A program made the translations under genes and the position numbers. 64,000 nucleotides of DNA from the human T2T-CHM13v2.0 reference genome, Homo sapiens. Positions within the stretch are counted from its first letter, which is position 1. Every line of letters begins with the position of its first letter. The stretch lies in NCBI RefSeq assembly GCF_009914755.1, contig NC_060933.1. One strand, 5' to 3'. The notes beneath the pieces were generated by a model, which saw only the letters and a list, made by a program, of their open reading frames with translations, was not told where the DNA came from and did no database searches. Below, one piece after another: positions 13,119 through 29,009 of this stretch.

Positions 13119-15319
13119 TTCATCTGATTGTAAATTCCTTGTAAGTAATCTAGCAGAGGTAGTCATAAAATCACCTCCATAATTCTGCTTCCACTGCAAT
13201 GCACTGAGTCATTGGAATGGCTATTTTCTTTTTATGTAAAAATAATTCCTGATACTTTTATGAAAAAATTATAATCTTACTCTTTCATCTCATGTTTCTT
13301 CTCCTTGTAAATCCTGGAGAATAGTTAACACATGGACATATCACAGCAGGAGAGTAGTGCATACATGGGGATCATTTAGAAGAGACTGATATTTAGAAAA
13401 ATGCTTTAGAGGCAGCCTGACTTAAGAAGTGCAAGACTGCTATGAATAGTCAATGAACTCCTATAAATGTAGAGCCCATGTCTTGATCATTACTTTCTTT
13501 ATAGTACTTGGCCACAATACTTAGCACACATAAGAATTCACTTAGTGTTGAATATATTAATGACCAAGAGATAATGTTCATTTAGTACATCAAAACTTGG
13601 CTTGTCCTACCTCAGTTGTGGGAATAAGTAAAAACCACACCAGCTTAAACTGCAAAAAGCAAATGGCTTGACCTTCTTTGATCTTGTAGACTCCCTGAAA
13701 AATAACTTTGCATGACTGCAACTGTCTTCTGAAATGATTGGCTAACGCTCTAAATTCAGAAGACTTGAACTTTTTACACAAAATTTAATTTTATGTTGTT
13801 AATCTATAAGAGTTAATCCCCTATTTCATAAATTTTATAATAAAATTTTTCTACATACTCATCAAATTAAATTGCATACTTTCTAATTATTGCCATGCTT
13901 TCAAATGAAGTTGCATAATATTTTATGCAAATGATAATGGGACTAATAATCAAAAGAGCCACATTCTATCAAATCCTGCCATGAATTCTTAAGAAAATGA
14001 GTTTATTTGCCTGGGACCTTAGTCTGTGTTTATAAAATAAATAGGTTAAAGTCGATCAAGGTTTTCTAAAGTGATTTTTTTAAAGCCTCTTAAAAGTTCA
14101 CAAAATCAATTAAGTGGTTAACATCAGCATTTCAGCATTTTTAAAATAAGATGGAAGGGAAGGAATATTATTATAGGGTATCACATATAAGGATAAATAA
14201 AGTATTATGAGAATTATTTGCAAATTCTAATGTGTGCCAGTGTGTATATTGCATTGTGATGAAACATGCCTTTACTGTGGACTCTATTTTTTTTAAAAAA
14301 GGCACTGGGCCAGCCAACTTCCAAAGTTGACCAATTCCGATTTGCAGATTCTATCAGTTTTAATCAATCAAATCATTTTTGCTTCATTCATCTTATAAAA
14401 AAACATAAGATAAATTATCATATGGGAAGATGTACAAATGTTGACACCAAATAATGTAAGACACTAATAACTTTGGATTGCTAGCTATCAATAATAACTT
14501 TGTGTCTTTAGACATTTATGTTCCCAGAACACTGTGATATTCCATTCTTGAGATACTAATTTGCTATTTGTTGTGTCTACCGGTTCATTTCCCTGTGTAA
14601 AGTATAATATTGTTATTATTGGGAGGTCATCTTTATTTGAAAGTGCTTTCACAAGCACTTTCTTTGTCTGCCTTGACTCTGGAGGAGGCAATGACTATAA
14701 TTTCACTTATATTTTCTTTCTAGATTCCAATTCCTTCTACATATTGATAGTTTCTCACAGGTAACCCTTGTAGCATAAAAATAACAAACTGCTGTGTTAA
14801 TTCCTGAGAAGAAGCATGAAGTATTTCTATCCCTTATTCAAAGATGCTGCAGCCCATTGGAGCTGCAAGTTTTATGTTAGGGACTCCCTTTCAGATTTCT
14901 TGCTTTCTTGGAAACCAGGGCAATACTTCAACCCCCAGGTACCTGGGTCCTTACTTAAAAACAAAACAACTGAGCCCTCAGTTTTGGCATCCTTGTCTCC
15001 ACTTTCTGAATTGGTTTTGATTTTGCTCCTTTTTTTCTAGCACTTAAAATTCTACATTAAGGAAATTTTTTTCTTTTGAAAATCATATTTATTTAGAATT
15101 TCTGTGTCTGCATCAGTTGTGCTACTCTGCCATATCAGCTCAAGTTTCCTTAAGGACAAACGTCAATCTTCAAGATTTTTTTAAGTGAAGGTTTCATTAC
15201 TCATATCTACTTTTTGAAAGGTGACTCACTTCCAGTTCAAGAAGAAGGACTAGATTGGTTGTCTCTACTTCCCAGCATAAATTCCTCATGAAAAAAGAAT
15301 GTATTGTTAAAGTACATAA

Positions 15320-15800
15320 TTATCAAATGGAAAAGGCCCACCAAGTCCCAGTTAGGATAAATGACCAAGGACCATTCTTAGACTATCAGGGCAAAATTTA
15401 GAACCCTGGAGTAAGGAAGAAAAATTATAAAAGCTTCCTAATGAAAAGTAACAGACTATTTAAATAACAAAAAATCAGATTCGTCTCAGCTTTCTTATTT
15501 GTTACATTGAACGTAAGATGACAGTGGAATGTTGTCTTCAAAGCACCATTGTAAAAAAAATGAAGTTAAAATTTTATACATTTATAGATATAATGAAAGC
15601 TAATCTATCACTAATTTGTAAGGGAGAAAATACAGATCTTCGGAACTGCAAAGACAATGAACATTTAAGCATTACTAACGGATGTATTTTAGCAAGAAAA
15701 ATACATTCAGTAAGAAATGGGATACAGGAAATAAACACTAGGGAAAAAATACCTACTATTACATGTAAAATTGATGCTTAAAAATAAAAGTTTGAAGCTA
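15320..15800 (+). mobile_element. Old L1ME/HAL1 ORF1-region fragment
   Basis: gaaaaggcccaccaag, aaaagcttcc, agatgacagtggaat..tcttcaaa resemble decayed L1 ORF1. Confidence 0.5.
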
Positions 15801-17006
15801 AAATCTCAAATGATATTTTTAAAAATTATGTCAAACTTATTTTTTCATCCAAAGAGAATACACATCAGTCAAAATTAGGTTGAGTTGCACATAGCAGTAA
15901 TAAGTAATTCCAAAGGACAGAGTTATCTTTCTCATGTAAAATAATTGTCTTGAGGTAGGTGATCCAGTGCTAATATGATGACTCCACTATTATTTATGTA
16001 ACATTTATATTAAACATTTAATATTTAAACATATTTTTCCATCAACATGGAAAATTAATCAGCAACTATAACATTTCCTTCCAAATAAAAATGCTTTTTG
16101 CAAGCTGTCACTTTCTTCCTCTTCCAATATCCCATATTTTGTTGAAATCTTCTGGAGTTTTAATATCTGGTTTTTATTATATTTTCAATATGCTTCTACT
16201 TTCATAGATGTAAATTTTATAGATTGTCTTAAGGTTTACAGCCACACCTTCAACTATTAAATATACTTAACTATAAATTTTGCTGGTTTATTTGTTCAAC
16301 ACCGTTTTACATATTTTGAAAGTTCAATAGTTCTTGAACTCAATTTTTTTTTATTTGGTAGGAATAACTAATTTGGTGTTTCAGAAAGACTTTCGTATCA
16401 TCCTGCAAATTGGAAAATGTCATGAGCTTATTCTCAAAAGCGAATGATATTTTTGAAGGACATAGAGTTTTACATTTATACTTTTATTTAGAAATTTAAA
16501 AATATTTCTCCACTTTTTTCAAACACCCTGAGTTGCAAAATATAAATCTGATGCCAGTCTAATTCTAATCCTTTTCACAGTAATCAAGTACACTTGATTG
16601 TTTACTTTTGTTTGTCTCTTTTCTGCAGAGAAAGCTATTATGAAGCTTTTAAAATTCTGGAATACTTAAATTTCTACACTAATTCTCTAGGTCCTTCCCC
16701 ATTAATACCACCATGATCTTCAGTACTTATGGGACTGTTTTCAAAGCTTAATGCTTTAATCAGCTCAGAAAAATTTTATTTTTGCATTTCTTCTTTTGCA
16801 TGTCTTTTACTTTCTTTTTCTACAACTCCTATTGGATAGGTTGTCCAAATTTAATTTAGTAATCTCATCTCTTTATCTTTTTACAGTACATTTAAACCTA
16901 AGCTATTGACTCCATGTACCAATCAAAGATTCAGCTTTCAGCTGTTTACTCTAATATTGAGTCTGTTCAATTTTTTTCTTTGTTGTATAATTACTTTTAA
17001 AATTTC

Positions 17007-17344
<338 letters not shown>

Positions 17345-18288
17345 TCATTGCTCTAATTGTTTCATTTTTATATGAGAGGAGCATATAAGCTAAATGCACA
17401 ATTTAAATAACAGTGGCTTTGATTAAACAAAGTACAAATTTTATTTTACCAAACTTTATTTTACCAAATAATATATTCCATTTTTTAAATCGTTAATTGA
17501 AAGTATAGCCCAGACTTCCTCACTTCTTTGAAATGCTATCTTTACCAATTACTATATTTTAATGAGCCAGGGACTTGGGAAGGACTTTTTTTGCTGTTGC
17601 AATTATGTATATACCTATCCTTGCATCAGTGATCCAATACTTGAATTATGACAGGTTTATAATGTAATTAATACCCATACAAAAATATTTTTTCAGCATT
17701 TTTTGCTATTTTCACCCCTTACCTCTATCCTCATATCTAAATTATTTTCAGTTGAACTCTTGAGGTTTCTGAGTAATTATATCATCTTTGTATAAATGTC
17801 GTATAATTTTTCCTATAGCATACAAAAATCATTATACCCTCCACTGTAGTTGTAATAATGTTTTTTTTTTTTTTTTGTTCCCTAGATCCTGGCTTCAATA
17901 GGAAGACCTTTGATTCTTTATCAAGTACTCAGTTGTATCTTCTTAAGAAACATTCTCTTCACTTTTAAGATCTTTCTATTCCTGATTCGAGGTAAATTTG
18001 TTTTCTTTGTTTCTCTTTGTTTTTTAATCTGGATACTTGTTCACACTCCATAGAGATTATCAACATTATTTCTCTTATGAAATATAGATATATGAGTTAT
18101 ATTATTATACTTTTTAATAAAAACCATTTTTCATAATTTTAATAAAGTTTAATGTAGTTTCTTTGGTCACAACTTACTATATATTATGGGTATAAATTGA
18201 CCTTAATTTACTGCTGATGTTCTTTATCTTTACATTCAGATATGTTTACAAAATAAAATAATGAGATCGGTCACTTTTTAATTTGTAA

Positions 18289-18494
<206 letters not shown>

Positions 18495-19785
18495 TGAGTA
18501 AAATGTTCATTTTTTATCCTATGCAATAATGTATATATATATGACATAGAAATTGTGTATTTCTTTAAAGTTTTAGATACCTTAACTGTTGGAATTGTTG
18601 AATTTTACGACTTCTATTTAATATTTTAATAATTACTATCCTAGAAAATATTTCAGAGAGCTTATTTTAGGCTAGAGATATTTATTTTTGCTTAGAGTAT
18701 ATCTTGAACTATTAAAATTAGATTCTTAATTTTCTATTTTGTATATCCTGCATATGTTTGTGTATAATTATTTTACCCAAAAGTGAACACCGAATGATGA
18801 ACAATAAAGTACTCATTTATATCCTCTTATGAGTCTTGCTATTGAATGTTTTATCAGTTTCAAAAGAATTTATCAGTCAAGGACAGGACTGTTAACCATG
18901 TTTATATTCCTTTCATTGATTTTCCTTTAATTAATCTATGTACCATAAAATTATTTATATCCCTCATTTCTATTTTGCAAAGGGTTTAATTAAAATATCT
19001 CAATATTCTTAAGTTTTTTTCTTAAAAATCACCATTATGAATAAACTTTGAGTAATGACACTTCCCTAACCTGGAATATTTGGGATTATTTAGCATTGTT
19101 TATTTTAATAGCAAAGCATTACAAATAGTGAAACTGTTGAACTTTCATTCCATCACCAATGATCAATCTTAATATGTATTCCTTAAATCATGTTGCTACC
19201 TGGCTAATGAGTATCATGTCTTTTTACACCGGATTTTATTACTACAAATCTGTTTTCTTATGTAGTGTTTGTAACTATTGAGCTGTACACAGACTAATAT
19301 TGAATAGCTTATAAAATAAGACTTTAAAAATATTTGTATCAATCTGTTGAATTGAGACATTTTCTTTATTTTGTAGAATATATGGTGCTGCGAGGGCAAC
19401 TTTTCAATTCTTTAGCATGCAGACTTTTGGAAAACTTAATTTCTTAATTGTAATGTAAGCTACATACTTTTGGAAATTTTAATTTTTTTATTTCCCACTT
19501 ATTAGTTATGTAAAGTCAACTTTTCCATTTTTCAACTGTTCTCCCCCATGTAAACATAAATGACCCACTATAAGAAACAGTTTTGCTAGTTTTATGAGAA
19601 AAACCAACATAGTATACACTTTTCCCTGCCTTAGTAGCCAATTTGAGGAAAGTAAATGGCCATAGACTCCAACTGATAGATGCCTCAGACATTCTTAAGT
19701 GCGTACTTATAAGACAAATGTTTAATCATATGTTATTTGCTTTCCCATAAAACGTTTATACTTCAACTTGTACCTCTTGTAATGA

Positions 19786-20138
<353 letters not shown>

Positions 20139-20426
20139 GTGAGGTTTTAAGATGCTGAATTTAGACTGAAATAATTATCTGCACCATGCACAAGTGGGTC
20201 AGCCTTGGAAGAGAAAAATTGCACTGCCAGCTTTGAGTCAGACCCTAGAGGCAAGGACCAGAGCACATCATGTGGGTCAGCCTTGTTTGGTTATTTTCAG
20301 TGAAGTTCTTCGGCTGTTGTTGCCTAAATTTCCATTAGGTTGCATCTTTTCCTAGGTTAATAGCTTTAGATATGCTCAGTTTCTAAAGGTAAGTCCTAGA
20401 CAAATTTTAAAATGTCTACAGAGGAC

Positions 20427-20690
20427 TTTCTTTTTTTTCTTTCTTTTTTTTTTTTTTTTTTTTGAGACGGAGTCTTGCTCTGTTGCCCCAACTGGAGTGC
20501 AGTGGCCTGATCTCAGCTCGCTGCAACGCTCACCTCCCGGGTCAAACGATTCTCCTGCCTTAGCCTCCTGAGTAGATGGAATTAGAGGTACATGCCACCT
20601 CTAATTTCTTTGGCTCGGCTTATTTTTGTATTTTTAGTAGATGCGGGATTTCGCCGTGTTGGTCAGGCTAGTCTTGAACTCCTGACCTCA
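20427..20690 (-). mobile_element. AluS, 5'-truncated
   Basis: T-rich tail, right arm and part of the left arm, ending at cctgacctca. Confidence 0.88.
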
Positions 20691-20719
20691 TCAAAACTCA
20701 TTAAAAGAATTGTACATAA

Positions 20720-21325
20720 TCACTCTCTAATTCCTCTTCTCTTATCCATTCCTAAACCTGCTGTACCCAAGCTTTTTTTCTGTATATTACAAACAAAATT
20801 GGTTTTGTTAAAGGTAACCAATGAACTCCATACTGTGAATCTCATGGTGAATTCTGATTTACCAAGTGTCCTATGTATCAGGAGTGTTTGACACAGCAAA
20901 TCAATCATTCACCTTCAAACACTTTTTTTTCTTACTTTACTTCCAGGATGTGAGTCTTATGTTCTTGTATTCTTCCCTGGAAGGCTTTTGGAATTATTAT
21001 CGTCTATGCCTGAAATTGTCTCTTCCCATTGCTCACTCCCTCATCTCAACCATGTCTTTAGTTAGATGCTATCTTCTCAGCTAGGCCTACCTGGATCTCT
21101 CTTTAAAATGGGGTTAAAATTGGATTCAGTGTATCACCAAGCCATTGACAATCTCACTTACTGGGCTCTGTATTTTTGTTTTAGTTTCCTGCCTGCTTCC
21201 ATGAGAATATAAAACTCCACAAGGACTGAGATTTTTATCTTTTTGCTTTACTAATGTGCTACCAACCCCAAGAACCACTCATTTCGTGTAAACACACTCA
21301 GTAAATACTTGTTGAATTTAAATGG
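20720..21325 (+). mobile_element. L2 fragment with 3' end
   Basis: aaggtaaccaatga.ctcc, tttgacacag, and terminal ctcagtaaatacttgttgaat. Confidence 0.65.
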
Positions 21326-23809
21326 TTGCTATTTAAGATTTTTTTAATCATGAAAATGAAAGTAGTTATATCTTCACAAAAGTTATTTAATTGGTGAATG
21401 AATCACACCAACTTCAATTTTCTTGCTCTCAGATTTCTACGAATTAGTTTTATAAGGCTTCAAAGTTAGTTACAGATGTTATCTTGAATCTGACCTACAT
21501 GAGTGTAGCTTTTCTTGATCCTTTCTCTTGACTTTAACTATATAGTACTTGCATTGTTTCACAAGAAAAACAGGACAATTGTCACAGAAAGAAAGAAAGG
21601 CCTCAAAATAAAACAGTCATAGCTTCTTCATAGAACCACCATCTCATATTTTAGTGCCTATACAGTTTCAATTAGTTTTATCTATATTTTCTGATTGATC
21701 TCCTTCTGCAGTTTAATAAGACTGCATAAGGTTCACTGAGTTAGAAAGCTTTACAAAAATAATATTTACATAAATCTATTATTTCTTGTGTGGTGGTGGT
21801 TACATCAAATTATTTCCATCAAAGGTCTTCGTCATTCCCAAGAATCTATTTAAAAGAAAATATGTGTGTGTAGCTATGTATATGTGGTAATGTAGCTATC
21901 TAGAAACAGATACATGCACATAGTTAAATTACTTTCACTTTTAGGTTAACTTCTCAGAAAAATTGCTTTGCCAAATAATCTATTTAAATTGTTAATTTTA
22001 CGAATTGCTTACAAATGAAAATTTCTTTGGCATTCACAGTGAAGAGTCATAGTGACTATACAGTAGCTATGAAATCTTGATTGGGAATGTCAACTTTATC
22101 ATGAAAGAAACTTTTTCTAAAGAGCATAGATTGTTGAGAATGACTGACTTTTCCAGATGCATATATTGCTTGAGACTGGCAAGACAGTATAAAGAAAAGT
22201 TATTTGACTCTTGTCAGAGTGATGAATTTGAACAATAAAAAGGAAAACATAAAAGTTGACATGGGAAATATTTGGAAATTTTCAGCAATCTCGTTAAAAG
22301 TGCATGTTGAACTTCCTAGTACCTTCTGTTTTACATTCATGTCCACAGGAAAAGCCATATTTCCATGTCAGGCAAATGTATCAGATTAAAAACAGTTCAT
22401 CTACATTATGTAAAATACATTTTTTTCAGCAGACTTTGCTTTTCCAAAACTCCTTGCCATTTAGTTCCATTGGCACTGAAATGCTTACGTATTAAATGTC
22501 TCATAATTTGAAGGGCACATAACTAAAATGATGCGTCCATGATTTACTAGTAAATTTATAAAGCTGACTCAAACAATGTTCCTTTGCCAATGCAATACTT
22601 ATGCCTTAGAATTACTTCAGTTTCACAATATTTTATCAGACATATAAAGTAATGTTCTCTAGTGAATTCCTGAAAGTGATTTCCTAGACTCTTAATTTTA
22701 AATTACTTTCACTCAGACACACATTCCCAGACACCAAGTACAGGCTATAGTTTTGTTTTTCAATCAGCCCAAGACAATTTTCAAAAAGTGTGTCAATAAA
22801 CTGTTGAGATCTGAGAAAAAATAATACCTAACTAGATCAAGTATTTACAAACATGAGATGGAAGAATAAGAATGGTTAATTCTGCATACATGTATATATA
22901 CATAAAAATACGTATGTCTATAATCTGACTGCTCCCTTTTCATATCAATGTGCTTTCATTACCTAATCTTTCACGTCTTATTGTCTTTGTTGTCAGGCAT
23001 TTCTTTTGCAATGAAAATCTGATGCTCTTGAAATTTACTTGTGATTCATATTATTACTTTTTTTAAAATTCTTTCCACTAACCCATTAGAGCTATGCATA
23101 TTCTTTTCATTTTTGTTGTGTAATTTGTTCAAAGAACAGGTCAAGTCTATTTATCCCTAATTGAGAATAAATCTGTCTGAGGCAGATGTTTGGCAAAAGT
23201 AGTGCGAGTGGGTTTTCGTTAGGTCTTTTACCGTTCTTAGAAATGCTGTCAGCATCTGCCAGTCAGATCATAAACCGTAGAACCATGTGATGTAGTTCTA
23301 GATTATCATTTCAGGAATCCCACAGCTCTGGTGGAGTGAGGAGCAAGGAGCTGGGAGCATAAGCCATCCTAAAAGTGAGGTCTACATGATTTCTGTCCTG
23401 TCCGGCATTTGCTAATGCTGCTGAGCCAGGGACCAGCTTTTCATAGTTAGTTTTCAATGTAGCCTAGGATCTACGCTGGGCCCCACCGTGCCTGAGACTG
23501 ACTGGCTTTCTCTCCAGTGCTGTTGCCTCTTTAACTGAAGAGTTCCTGCTCCATTACGAAAGGACTGTGCTCCATTGGGAAAAATTAAAATGTAGTCATT
23601 CAAAGAGGAAAATCTGCATGTAAAAGGAGGCTCTGCAACCAAAAGACTCTGGATTTGATGTAGTTTGGTACAGATTTCAACAAGTGTTGAGAACCTCCAT
23701 TGGAAAGGGGGTTTTAAGTGAAATAACACCTTCACTTAACTAGAACTTCAGTTTTTAAGCCTCTAAAATGTAGGATAATCGGCAAATTCTGCCACTATTT
23801 TTACCTGTA

Positions 23810-23962
23810 TTTCATGAATTTCATTTATTCATTGCTGTGTTTTATTCATTAAGTGATTTAGTAAATAAATAATTATTAATTGAATTACAACTATGTTCTA
23901 GGTAATGCGATAGTGAGCAAAACAGACCAAATCCCTGTCCTCAAGTTCTTGCTTTCTAACAG
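23810..23962 (-). mobile_element. L2 3' fragment
   Basis: ttcatttattcatt..ctatgttctagg..gtgagcaaaacagac..tccctgtcctca. Confidence 0.6.
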
Positions 23963-25299
23963 GAATGTTAACCTACTTTCTTAGGAAAGAAAGTTATAAG
24001 TCAACTATAAATTATGTCCTTTAATCTGGCACCAATTTACCTATATCTAGTAATAAACAGTAAAATTTTATTCACCAGACTTTTATATTGTTGTAGTGAT
24101 AATGTGAGAGTTCTTTCTCTTTGGTTCTTTAATCATTTAAATTGTTTGTGGAGACCTTATTCTAGAGGAATGGACTTCAATTTTTTCAGAAGGGAGAACA
24201 AATATTATCTGAAGTAAGTAAAATATGTAGGATATATAGAGTCATTTTCTGGACTTCACTGGGGGAAAAGTTAACTTTCTCTTCTCACAAAAAACAATTC
24301 TCACGCTGTTCCTTTCATTTTCCTGTGACCCCTTTTCCTTCTCTATGGAATGGCAATTCCTAGCACAGATCAGAGATTAATGCAGTTTAGAAAAAAATAA
24401 GAAAAAGAAATACTGAGGCTTAATGTTTTGAATATAAAAATAACAACATTATATTTTCTACTAAAATTACATTAATAATAACATAATATTAGAATATGAA
24501 TCACTTTATTGACAAATGGTCTATAGTATAAATATGCTAATTGCTTTGATAAGATATATTTCAACAGTGCTATGTAAGAATAGTGCCAGTTCAATATATG
24601 AGCATTCACTTTCAAAAATAACACTGATAATTATTGGCCAAGTAAAGTTAAGCATCAAAAATAAAAACTATCCTGAAAAACATAAAAATTATTTACCAAA
24701 GGAGAAAAAGCAAATGCCCAGCTGCAAAAAAATCCATTTTACAGGTCCAAGCCAATGTCAACGCTGAGATCTGGAAATTAAAGCTGCATTATCTTGAATC
24801 TTTTATAAAAGTGTCATGAGACTTCTGGTTCTGGGATAGACTATATACAAATTATTTTTTAACTTAGACTTGACTCATCTCAAGACACAGAGTTACCTCT
24901 CGTTTTTTTTTTAATGGACCATATTTGGCAAAATGAAGAGGAGGCCTGTGATTAGCATATCAAAGACAAGGAAGTAAAATCCTCCAGTGCGGGATATGTA
25001 GCATCAATAAGGAAGTAGCAAGTACATCTAAACTTCACAAAAATCATTAGCAGAACAGAAATAAATGGGAAGCAGGAAAACCGTCAGTGTGGTGACTAAG
25101 ACAACTTGCTAATAACTGAGGTTGATAAAACGCATATGTATAGATGTAACCTTTGTTTTGAAAGGAATTTGGGATGGGGGTGATTTGAGAAGGAAAGCCC
25201 CTCGTCTTATCTATTGTGGATTGAATCTTTCAAGGTGAAGCTATTTTAAAAATAAATTAACATACGCTGTATTATTTGGATAACAGAATATTTATGTAA

Positions 25300-25445
25300 A
25301 GTTACTTTAAAATGCTTTCATGGCCATCAGCTCACTTGAGAGTTTTATGAGGTAAGGCAGGAAAGGCATTATTATCCTGAGATTCATGAAAGTGACTGAC
25401 TGTCTAGCAAGAATTGGAACAGAGATCCCAATCTAAACCTTCACT
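25300..25445 (-). mobile_element. MIR fragment
   Basis: aaatgctttca..tatgaggtaaggcagg..cattattatcc. Confidence 0.45.
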
Positions 25446-25465
25446 GCATCACAATGAAATTTTCC

Positions 25466-25795
25466 TGATATGGTTTGGCTCTGTGTTCCCACCCAAATCT
25501 CACCTTGAATTGTAGTAATTCCCACGTGTCATGGGAGGGACCTGGTGGGAGGTAATTAAATCATGGGGGTGGGTTTTTCCCATGCTGTTTTCATGACAGT
25601 GAATAAGTCTCATTAGATCAGATGGTTTTATAAAGGCAAGTTCTTCTGCACATGCCCTCTTGCCTGCCGCCATGTAAGATATCCCTTTGCACTTTTTTGT
25701 CTTCCACCATGATTGTGAGGCCCCCCAAGCCATGTGGAACTGTGAGTTCATTAAACCTCTTTCCTTTTATTAGCAACATGAGACAGACTAATACA
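25466..25795 (+). mobile_element. THE1B-like solo LTR
   Basis: TGATATGGTTTGGCT...GACTAATACA termini; small internal deletion near the 3' end. Confidence 0.9.
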
Positions 25796-26617
25796 ATACC
25801 TTCATACATATGCTAATGTGTTTGTAAACTTAATATGTAAGTATTCCTTGTATTTGGAAAACACCCTTAGATTCAAATTACTCTAGGAGCAAAAATGATA
25901 AAAAAATATAAGCAATATTAGGTATTTTGGGGATCTTCATGAGACCTAAAACAGTAACAACTACCTGGAATTGAAAACTTAACCAGGCAAAGGAATCACA
26001 AGAACACCAAAGTTACATGCAAACTCACCTCCCTTTTCATCCCTGCTCCCCTCAAAAAAATGAATCCAATCTTTCTCTGACTTATTTTTTTATGAATACA
26101 TACTAAAGACTTATTTATTCCTGTGTTCTAAAATGTAATCTTTTTAATGGTGTCTTACAATCTGAAACTTGATGTGTTTAAGTATAGAAACTTTTATTTT
26201 CTAGGATAACTTATCTCCTAACACTTCTATTGTTCCCTCCTTCCCTAATTACAATTAGACTGATTTTCACTTCTCTACCCCATTTTGTGTAGCATTTTAA
26301 CTTCTATTTCTACTTCAGGATTATGCCTCAGCTATCTATTTTGAGTGTCTCACTAAATTTTTATATATCTGCTTACATGCTTTAATTTCCAGGGCTATAA
26401 TTTACTTTTTGATTGCTTCTTTGCAAAAACGTCTGTTCTTATTGCATGAATACAATAACTTTCAATCTTTGTGGGGTATTAATTATAAATATTTGCCATA
26501 TTCTGCTTCTTCTATTATTTTTTCTTCTTTTTGTTAATTTTTGTTACTGTAATTCGTACGTGAGGCTTTTCTTAAATGTATTTGATTTTGTGTTTTGTAT
26601 TCATACTTTGTATCCTG

Positions 26618-28985
26618 CAGCACATCCAAAAGCTCATCCACCACGATCAAGTTGGCTTCAGCTTGGCATGCAAGGCTGGTTCAACATATGCAAATCAATA
26701 AACGTAATCCATTACATAAACAGAGCCAATGACAAAAACCATATGATTATCTCAATAGATGCACAAAAGGCCTTCTATAACATTCAACACCTTTTCATGC
26801 TAAAAACTCTCAAAACTACGTATTGATGGAACATATCTCCAAATAATAAGAGCTATTTATGACAAACCCACAGCCAATATCAATATATTTGGGCAAAAGC
26901 TGGAAGCATTCCCTTTGAAAACTGGTATAAGACAAGGGTGCTCTCTCTCACTATTCCTATTCAACATAGTATTGGAAGTTCTGGCCAGGGCAATCAGGCT
27001 AGAGAAAGAAATAAAGGGTATTCAAATAGGAAGAGAGGATGTCAAATTGTCTCTGTTTGCAAATGACATGATTGTATATTTAGAAAACCCCATCGTGTCT
27101 ACCCAAAAACTTCTTAAGCTGATAAGCAACTTCAGCAATGTCTCAGGGTACAAAACCAATGTGCAAAAATCACAAGCATTCCTATACACCAATAATAGAC
27201 AAACAGACAGGCAAATCATGATTGAACTCCCATTCACAATTGCTACAGAGACAATAAAATATCTAGGAATACAACTTACAAGAGATATGAAGGACCTCTT
27301 TAAGGAGAACTACAAACCACTGCTCAAGGAAATTAGAGAGGACACAAACAAATGAAAAAACATTCCATGCTCATGGATAGGAAAAATCAATATCATGAAA
27401 ATGGCCATACTACCCAAAGTAATTTATAGATTCAATGCTATCCCCATCAAGCTACCAATGACTTTCTTCACAGAATTAGAAAAAAGCTACTTTAAATTTC
27501 ATGTGGAACCAAAAAAGAGCCCATATAGCCAAGACAATCCTAAGTGAAAAGAACAAAGCTGGAGGCATCATGCTACCTGACTTCAAACTACACCGCAAGG
27601 CTACAGTAACCAAAACAGCATGGTACTGGTACGAAAACAGATAAATAGACCAATGGAACAGAACAGAGGCCTCAGAAATAACACCACACATCTACAATCA
27701 TCCAATCCTTGACAAACCTGACAAAAACAAGCAATGGGGAAAGAATTCCCTATTTAATAAGTGGTACTGGGAAAACTGGCTAGCCATATGCGGAAAACTG
27801 AAACTGGACCCCTTCCTTACACCTTATGCAAAAATTAACTCAAGATAGATTAAAGACTTAAACGTAAGACCTAAAACTGTAAAAACCCTAGAAGAAAACC
27901 TAGGCAATACCATTCAGGACATAGGCATGGGCAAAGACTTCATGACTAAAACACCAAAAGCAATTGCAACAAAAGCCAAAATTGACAAATGGGATCTGAT
28001 TAAACTAAAGAGCTTCTGTACAGCAAAAGAAACTATCATCAGAGTGAACACACAACCTACAGAATGGGAGAAAATTTTTGCAATCTATCCATCTGACAAA
28101 GGGCTAATATCCAGAATCTATAAAGACTTTAAATTTACAAGAACAAAGAAACAACCCATCAAAAGTGAGGGAAGGATATGAACAGACACTTCTCAAACAA
28201 AGACATTTATGCAGCTAACAAACAAATGAAAAAAGCTATTATCACTGGTCATTAGAGAAATGCAAATCAAAACCACAATGAGATACCATCTCACACCAGT
28301 TAGAATGGCAATCATTAAAAAGTCAGAAAACAACAGATTCTGGAGAGGATATGGAGAAACAGGAATGCTTTTACACTGTTGGTGGGAGTGTAAATTGGTT
28401 CAACTATTGTGGAAGACAGTGTGGCGATTCCTCAAGGACCTAGAACCACAAATACCATTTGACCCGGCAATCCCATTATATACCCAAAGCATTATAAATC
28501 ATTCTACTATAAAGACATATGCACACGTATATTTATTGCAGCACTGCTCACAAAAGCAAAGACTTGGACCCAAACCAAATACCCATCAACGATTGAATGG
28601 ATAAAGAAAATGTGGCACATATACACCATGGAACACTATGCAGCCATAAAAAAGGATGAGTTCATGTCCTTTGCAGGAACATGGATGAAGCTGGAAAGCA
28701 TCATTCTCAGCAAACTAACACAGGAACAGAAAAACAAACACCACACGTTCTCACTCATAGGTGGGAGTTGAACAATGAGAACACATGGACACAGGGAGGG
28801 GAACACCACACACTGTGGCCTGTCAGGGGGTGGGGGGCTGGGGATGGATAGCATTAGGAGAAATACCTAATATAGATGATAGGTTGATGGGTGCAGAAAA
28901 CCACCATAGCACGTGTATACCTATGTAACAAACCTCCATGTTCTGCACATGTATTCTAGAACTAAAAGTGTAATACAAAGAAAAA
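26618..28985 (+). mobile_element. 5'-truncated L1PA7-like element (broken RT and C-terminal ORF2, 3'UTR)
   Basis: ORF2 fragments 26915-27355 ([18 protein letters not shown]), 27927-28181 and 28260-28604; 3'UTR gcattaggagaaatacctaat.tagatga. Confidence 0.92.
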
Positions 28986-29009
28986 TTAAGTACTACAAAA
29001 CTGTTTGGT

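Noticed and set aside
13724-13764. 10-bp inverted repeat GTCTTCTGAA/TTCAGAAGAC
   Set aside because: One or more of this size are expected by chance in 64 kb; no other support.
23181-23260. Hammerhead ribozyme on the minus strand (stem, CUGA, GAAA)
   Set aside because: The core reads CUGACAG rather than CUGANGA, and stem III and the UH cleavage site are missing.
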